From: an uncultured Clostridia bacterium
GTDB taxonomy: Bacteria > Bacillota > Clostridia > TANB77 > CAG-508
Direction: 5' to 3'
Assembly: GCA_948678575.1 (NCBI GenBank)
Contig: CAPPGO010000001.1
Location: forward strand, 195,951-259,950
DNA length: 64,000 bases
Each line of letters starts with the position of its first letter. The stretch's first letter is position 1. Below, piece after piece: positions 58,830-64,000 of the stretch. Under the pieces are notes generated by a model that did not search any database, was not told the DNA's origin, and saw nothing but the letters and a program-made list of their open reading frames with translations. The translations under genes and the position numbers were made by a program.

Positions 58830-59087
58830 TTATGCTTTTCTGTATAACCAAAGTGATATTCCAATTCCTATAATACTTGCTATATTTATTTTAAAGACTA
58901 CACTAAATGTTATTTTTATAACATGTAAATCCAATGAAAAAGGGGTAGTTATTCCAAATTCCTGGCCATAAGATAACCACCAAAGCCAATCCACATTTGA
59001 AGCAAATTCTCCAAGTAAACCTCCTATAACAATTCCTGATAAAATAAATATCATTAATAGCCATACATTTTTATCTTTTGTAGCCAT
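58830..59087 (-). CDS. Small membrane protein (two TM helices; DUF4321-like)
   Basis: The 85-aa hydrophobic ORF lies directly upstream of mreB. Confidence 0.4.
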   Translation of the reverse strand: MATKDKNVWLLMIFILSGIVIGGLLGEFASNVDWLWWLSYGQEFGITTPFSLDLHVIKITFSVVFKINIASIIGIGISLWLYRKA

Positions 59088-59299
59088 ATATTACCTCCAT
59101 TTTTTCTTACGGTTTTTTCGTTTTGTGCATTTTTTATCTTTGTATATTATATATTGATATATGAGTTTTTTCAAGTTTTTTAAGCAAACTTTTTCTATTA
59201 ATTCAATATACTATTAAGGTACTTTCCAAAAACTTACATTTACTTGAAGTTTTTATAGTATTATAATTTATTTATATTCATAAATAGGGGGCAATTTAC

Positions 59300-59653
59300 A
59301 TGAAATCTGAAAAAATTAATAATGACAAAAAAGTAATATCTAGAAGAAAACTAGATATGTTATTTAATAACAGTTCAATTTATTATTTTAATAATTTAGA
59401 AAATTATTATGAATTTGAGGAATTTATCAAATTACATAAAACACCTTTACTTACGAAACTAAGAAAAGCAAGCAATTTATATTTTCTTTCTGACACTTAT
59501 TTTTTGATTATTCAAAATTTTGAATTAGAAGATGATGAACATGCATTTTTTTGTTCCTGCATAACTGAATTTGCAAAATTTATCAACAATTCAAAACCGC
59601 TAATATCTAAAATTCGAGAAAACGCAACACTTATAGAAAAAAACTTGTCATAA
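59300..59653 (+). CDS. Hypothetical protein (117 aa). This is the only plus-strand gene in the window
   Basis: The ORF is preceded by GGGGGCAAtttacATG. I recognise no motif. Confidence 0.4.
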   Translation: MKSEKINNDKKVISRRKLDMLFNNSSIYYFNNLENYYEFEEFIKLHKTPLLTKLRKASNLYFLSDTYFLIIQNFELEDDEHAFFCSCITEFAKFINNSKPLISKIRENATLIEKNLS

Positions 59654-59669
59654 TGTATGACAAGTTTTT

Positions 59670-60674
59670 CTAATTGTATAAATAATTTTGTGGATTCTTT
59701 GCATATCCACCCACTCTAATTTCTAAATGTAAATGTGGTCCTGTTGAATTTCCCGTACTTCCAACTGCTGCAATTACAGTTCCTTGTGATACTGTATCTC
59801 CTGGACTTGCGTATATTCTACTGCAATGCGCATAATATGTTTCAACTCCGTTACCATGTGAAATTACTACTAAATTTCCATAAGAACCTTTATATCCTGC
59901 ATATGTAACTACACCATCAGCAGTTGCTTTTATAGGTGTCCCCGTAGAAGTAGCTATGTCTAATCCTGTATGTAAGCCTCTACTTCTTGTTCCAAATCTT
60001 GAAGTAATTATTCCTTCAACTGGTTTTACAAGTGCTAGTCCTAATGGTGTATTTGCATAATCAACTGTTTTCTTTGTATTAACTGGAGCATTTTTTCTTA
60101 CCTTAGGTGTTTCCACATATAGGCTAGCTACTGCTTCATCTGTACCTGTAAATGTTTTTAATTCTGTTTCATATTTTAATAAATATGAAATTTTATCTTT
60201 ATTCATACTATTTTTTTCTTTAAGTTGTGTTAAAATATTTTCTGCTTCTTCATAAGATTGTACATAATATTTTTCTTCTGTACCATTTAAAATAGCATAA
60301 TATTTATAATAAGGAACACCAGTATCTATAACTGTTTTGAAGATATTTTCATCATCACTTTTTATTCCCTTTTTTAATAAACATAATTTATATTCTGGTA
60401 AAGTTTCGATATCAACAAAAGCTATTGTTTTATTATCTCCACTTTTTTGGTATTCATCAATTTTATCTTGCATATCCTTTTTGTCTTCTGTATATCCAAT
60501 AAATTCACCATTTAATGTAACACTATACATTGGATTATATACAAAGAATATCAAAAAACATATTATTGCAATTGCAATTACTAGTAAGGTTATAAGTTTT
60601 GTCCAAGTTCTTAAAAATATTACTAATTTTTTAAACATTTTCTTATACTTACACCTCCCTACTATCATACTCAT
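59670..60674 (-). CDS. M23 family (LytM-type) metallopeptidase with an N-terminal TM segment
   Basis: The C-terminal domain reads GLHTGLDIA...GTPIKATADGVV...GNLVVISHGNGVETYYAHCS...GSTGNSTGPHLHLEIR, which carries the HxxxD and HxH zinc ligands. Confidence 0.85.
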   Translation of the reverse strand: MSMIVGRCKYKKMFKKLVIFLRTWTKLITLLVIAIAIICFLIFFVYNPMYSVTLNGEFIGYTEDKKDMQDKIDEYQKSGDNKTIAFVDIETLPEYKLCLLKKGIKSDDENIFKTVIDTGVPYYKYYAILNGTEEKYYVQSYEEAENILTQLKEKNSMNKDKISYLLKYETELKTFTGTDEAVASLYVETPKVRKNAPVNTKKTVDYANTPLGLALVKPVEGIITSRFGTRSRGLHTGLDIATSTGTPIKATADGVVTYAGYKGSYGNLVVISHGNGVETYYAHCSRIYASPGDTVSQGTVIAAVGSTGNSTGPHLHLEIRVGGYAKNPQNYLYN

Positions 60675-60869
60675 TCTATTTTATATATTTTGTTTTTTTT
60701 TGGCAATTTCTAATTTTGGTATTTTTTAGTCCGTATAGTCGGTTTTTCTTTTATTTTCTCTTCCTATTTTTCATATTCTCATTTTTAATTTTTTTATATT
60801 TCCGTAAGTATATCAGTTAAACAATAAAAAACAAGAAGCCAAAACTTCATTGTTTTAAGCTTCTTGTTT

Positions 60870-61112
60870 CTACTTACATTCATTATGAATCTTAGCAATT
60901 TCTTCTGGTTTTGCTGGTTCTGCCGGAGAATTATATCCTTTACATTCTGCCAGTTTAAATAATTCATATTGAAAATTTTCTGATGTGTTTCTAACATTCT
61001 GTACAGTTTGTCTAAGTTCCATATTGGTACATTCTAATATAGCTCCTTCAAAATCCTTAATTCCAGATTTAACATTTTCTAATACATCATTTACCATATA
61101 CTTTTCTTCCAT
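60870..61112 (-). CDS. Spore coat protein F-like (Coat_F domain; YraF-like)
   Basis: The 80-aa ORF has ...ECTNMELRQTVQNVRNTSENFQYELFKLAECKGY, which matches the YraF/CotF-family pattern xELRQ...RN...E..QYE.F......G.Y. Confidence 0.55.
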   Translation of the reverse strand: MEEKYMVNDVLENVKSGIKDFEGAILECTNMELRQTVQNVRNTSENFQYELFKLAECKGYNSPAEPAKPEEIAKIHNECK

Positions 61113-61127
61113 TATTCATTCCTCCTT

Positions 61128-61316
61128 TTAATTTTCTAAAAATGTCATTAATTTTTGTTTAGTATTTAAGCAATCTTGCGCAGCTTTGTTAAATACTTGT
61201 TTAATTTGAGGATCCACAGCATATTCTGCATAGTTTTGTAGTTTTTGGTATGAAGTATCTTGTGTTAAAATTAAATGCTTTAAATGGTGTAATTCTGCTT
61301 GATTTAAATTTGACAT
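61128..61316 (-). CDS. Small spore-coat-associated protein (YraD/YraE-like partner of the Coat_F gene)
   Basis: It is a 62-aa helical protein adjacent to and co-oriented with the Coat_F-like gene. The assignment is by weak similarity and context only. Confidence 0.35.
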   Translation of the reverse strand: MSNLNQAELHHLKHLILTQDTSYQKLQNYAEYAVDPQIKQVFNKAAQDCLNTKQKLMTFLEN

Positions 61317-61421
61317 GTTTTTTATCTCTCCTTTTTAATAATGTTAATATTACTGTTTCCAAATTTCATTTTTTTATACAAAAAAGCATTTCATATATAT
61401 ATGAAATGCTTTAATTTATAA

Positions 61422-63410
61422 TTATTCATCACCTTTTGTACTTTTTCTTTTTGCTGTTATACCTGTTTGTTTATAATAATTATCAATAAATTTCTTTACT
61501 TTCTCATTATTATCTTTTTGTGCATCAACTAAATCTTCTGTAAATTCTTTAATTGCTGCTATTTCTGCTTTTAATCGTTTTATATCACTGTTATCTCTAA
61601 GATCATCTATATTTTCTTTTAAATTTCTAATATCATATCTTATAAGCTCTATATCTTTTGAATTAATTTGATTTGTATTTATAGCAACTTGCATAATCAT
61701 ATTTTTCATTGTTGCAATTTCGCTATCTATTTTTTCTATCTTATATTCTAATCTTGCAGAATTTCCTGAACCACTAGCAATATCTAAATCTCTACTAGCA
61801 GTTGGTCTTTTTAATGATAAATCAAAATTTTTAAATGATGGATTTATCATATTTTTTGTAGGTACATCATTTTTTAAATCAATGTATCTAAATGAATTTA
61901 TATTAATATTGGCATCTTTTAAGAAATTTTCTACTGTTCTTATTTCTGTTCTTTCTACAAAATCTTTTAAGTTAGTATCTGGACTTGAATCTGCATAATA
62001 ATATGATGACGCATAAACTTCTTTTGTAAGTCTATATTTATTAAGTACTACACCATTAATTTGTACACCAACTTGTTCAAAACTCTTTTTAAGTCTTTTT
62101 ATATCTTCAACTTTTGTTGATTTATGTGCAGTAACTAACATTGTATAATCTACAAATTTAGAAACCGCAACACTATCTGCTATAATACTTGATGGTGTAC
62201 CATCTATGATAACAATATCATAAATTTCGCTTAAAACTGATAATAAACCTCTAACTTTTGGTGGACTTAATAATTCAGCTGGATTAGATGGTCTGTTTCC
62301 AGAAGTCATCAAATGTACATTTGGAACTTTTGTAGTTTTTATATATGAACATAGTTCACTAATATCTACTTTGGCTTCTTCACAATTTGCTAAATAGTTT
62401 GATAAACCTCTTTTATTCTGTAATCCAAAGATTTTATTTTGTCTACCTTTACGCATGTCCGCATCTACAATTATAACTTTTTTATCTGTTTTAGCTATTG
62501 TAACAGCTAAATTTGCTGCAACAAAGGATTTACCTTCTGACATTCTTGAAGATGTAACAAGTATTGTTTTTGTATTTTGAGCAAAAGTAACATTTGTACG
62601 AAGTGATCTAAATGCCTCTGCTATTGGTGATTTTGCGTTTTCTAAAATTACCAATTCTGAATCTTTAACTGCTCGTTTTCCATTTCTTCTCTCTTCTTTG
62701 TTTTCTTCTGTTTTAATACTTTTTTCAAGTTTTCTTTCAAAAACTGGTATAGAACCTAAAACTGGCAATCCAATTTCTGTTTCAATATCTTCTTCTTCTT
62801 TAATTGTTGTATCTAACATATAAAGAATAACTACTAAGACACCAGATAAGAACACTCCCAACATTCCAAAAATTACAAAATCTTTAATATGATTTACATT
62901 GTATGGAATTGTTTCAACTTCTGCTTCATCTATAATATTAACATTTGCAATATTAAAAATTTCCTTGGCTTGTTCAACAAAAACATTAGCAATTTCATTT
63001 GCTATTCTTTCTGCCATCCATGCGCTTTCATTTGAAACAATTATAGCAAGCATCGCCGCATTTTCTTCTTTAACAGTTAACATTTCACCTAATTCATCTT
63101 CTGTAATTTTCAAATCCAGATTTGCAATTACTTGTTTTAGAACCGTTTTACTTTCAATAAGAGATATATATGGTTCTAGCAAAATGCTTGTCATTGAAAA
63201 GTCAGCAACATCTGATTGCTTAACCGTATTTTCATTAAGCTCCTCATTAATTTTTGCAAGTAATAATGTAGTTCTTGATTGATACTTTGGAACTACATAC
63301 ATATAAGAGTAAAAATACCCTACGCCTATTGCTATAATTAGTATTAAAGCAATATAAAATTTCTTTGCCCATGCTAATTTGGCAAATCTTTTTAAATCAA
63401 TTTCTTCCAT
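61422..63410 (-). CDS. Fused polysaccharide co-polymerase (Wzz/chain-length determinant) and BY-type tyrosine kinase (CpsC-CpsD/EpsA-EpsB fusion) with an extra C-terminal coiled-coil extension
   Basis: It has N-terminal TM and Wzz motifs (PKYQSRTTLLL), a second TM, Walker A (SSRMSEGKSFVAANLAVTIA), Walker A' (VIIVDADMRKG) and a tyrosine cluster (SSYYYADSS). About 180 further residues of heptad-rich sequence follow. Confidence 0.75.
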   Translation of the reverse strand: MEEIDLKRFAKLAWAKKFYIALILIIAIGVGYFYSYMYVVPKYQSRTTLLLAKINEELNENTVKQSDVADFSMTSILLEPYISLIESKTVLKQVIANLDLKITEDELGEMLTVKEENAAMLAIIVSNESAWMAERIANEIANVFVEQAKEIFNIANVNIIDEAEVETIPYNVNHIKDFVIFGMLGVFLSGVLVVILYMLDTTIKEEEDIETEIGLPVLGSIPVFERKLEKSIKTEENKEERRNGKRAVKDSELVILENAKSPIAEAFRSLRTNVTFAQNTKTILVTSSRMSEGKSFVAANLAVTIAKTDKKVIIVDADMRKGRQNKIFGLQNKRGLSNYLANCEEAKVDISELCSYIKTTKVPNVHLMTSGNRPSNPAELLSPPKVRGLLSVLSEIYDIVIIDGTPSSIIADSVAVSKFVDYTMLVTAHKSTKVEDIKRLKKSFEQVGVQINGVVLNKYRLTKEVYASSYYYADSSPDTNLKDFVERTEIRTVENFLKDANININSFRYIDLKNDVPTKNMINPSFKNFDLSLKRPTASRDLDIASGSGNSARLEYKIEKIDSEIATMKNMIMQVAINTNQINSKDIELIRYDIRNLKENIDDLRDNSDIKRLKAEIAAIKEFTEDLVDAQKDNNEKVKKFIDNYYKQTGITAKRKSTKGDE

Positions 63411-63463
63411 TAACTTTCACCCATATTATTATATTTATAATAAAAAGTTTTTTCAACACCTAT

Positions 63464-64000
63464 TTACATATTTTTTAATATATTTTCTTGGCAATTAATT
63501 GTAATATTTTCATAATATTCTTTCTTTGCATAATGTTTCAATATTTTCAAGATTTTATTCATTTTTGTATATGTAGTTTTTTCCTTATGAGTATCTGTTC
63601 CCATTAAATTTATTTTTTTATCTTTTAATAATTTTTTTAAAGTTTTTTCTGCTCCTTTTCCATATTTTCCTATTAAAGATTCGTAATTACCTTGCAAATA
63701 AACTCCCATTTCAATAAATTTATCTAAATATTTTAAATCTTTTTGAACATATATATATCTTTCTGGGTGAGCTAAAATAACTGTATATCCTTCAAAAGTT
63801 AAATTTTCAATCATATCTTCTGCATCTATTATTTTTTGAGTTAATGGTAATTCAACTAAAACATATTTTGTATCTGATAAAGTTGAAACTCTTCCTTCTT
63901 CTATTAATTCTTTCATATTATTTGTAACATAAATTTCATTTCCTAAATAAAGTTCTATATCTATGTTTTCTTCTTTTAACTTTTCTTTTATAATATTTAA
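63464..64000 (-). CDS. Mn-dependent protein-tyrosine phosphatase CpsB/YwqE (PHP family), with its 5' part beyond the window end
   Basis: VILAHPERYIYV...GVYLQGNYESL matches the C-terminal half of PHP-type phosphatases. The reading frame stays open to position 64000, so the N-terminus lies outside the window. Confidence 0.7.
   Translation of the reverse strand, partial: LNIIKEKLKEENIDIELYLGNEIYVTNNMKELIEEGRVSTLSDTKYVLVELPLTQKIIDAEDMIENLTFEGYTVILAHPERYIYVQKDLKYLDKFIEMGVYLQGNYESLIGKYGKGAEKTLKKLLKDKKINLMGTDTHKEKTTYTKMNKILKILKHYAKKEYYENITINCQENILKNM

Noticed and set aside
60794-60997. 67-aa minus-strand ORF overlapping the Coat_F-like gene
   Set aside because: It overlaps 60870..61112 in another frame, which has the recognisable Coat_F motif and a better start context, so it is most likely spurious.

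Overview
This is a very AT-rich (about 27-28% GC) window from a Firmicute, most likely a spore-forming member of the Clostridia. The evidence for that is the presence of spoIIE, CotF-like coat genes and an mreBCD-PBP-minC cluster. All recognisable genes but one lie on the minus strand.

Read in the direction of transcription (high to low coordinate), the window holds, in order:
- a partial CpsB/YwqE-type tyrosine phosphatase, a fused Wzz/BY-kinase, two small CotF-like genes and an M23 peptidase;
- mreB-mreC-mreD, a class B PBP and minC with no adjacent minD or minE;
- two tandem two-gene modules encoding four giant cell-surface proteins of 1930, 2722, 1701 and 2289 aa, about 26 kb in total;
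- spoIIE, a WG-repeat protein, a 419-aa membrane-anchored protein of unknown function and acpS;
- tatD, disrupted by a frameshift;
- a 1404-aa LRR/Big_2 protein ending in a type-I dockerin, next to a small membrane-anchored protein with a cohesin-like domain;
- lemA, htpX and a YabE-like 3D-domain protein;
- a Mg-chelatase-like comM/yifB gene split by an in-frame stop, then dprA, yraN, xth and an AI-2E transporter;
- rpoB, and the 5' part of rpoC.

The most unusual content is the adhesin island. It contains two diverged copies of an A-B operon. The A genes encode DUF11 repeats, an SdrD-B-like domain and an ITVxTG anchor. The B genes encode an N-terminal region with conserved Cys and QxAxW motifs suggesting an internal thioester domain, a Cys/His-rich insert, repeated Cna-B-like YxVxExxxPxGW domains and a TPPTGLN anchor. 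Each module has its own promoter and terminator, and no sortase gene is in the window.

I found no tRNA, rRNA, CRISPR or IS elements.
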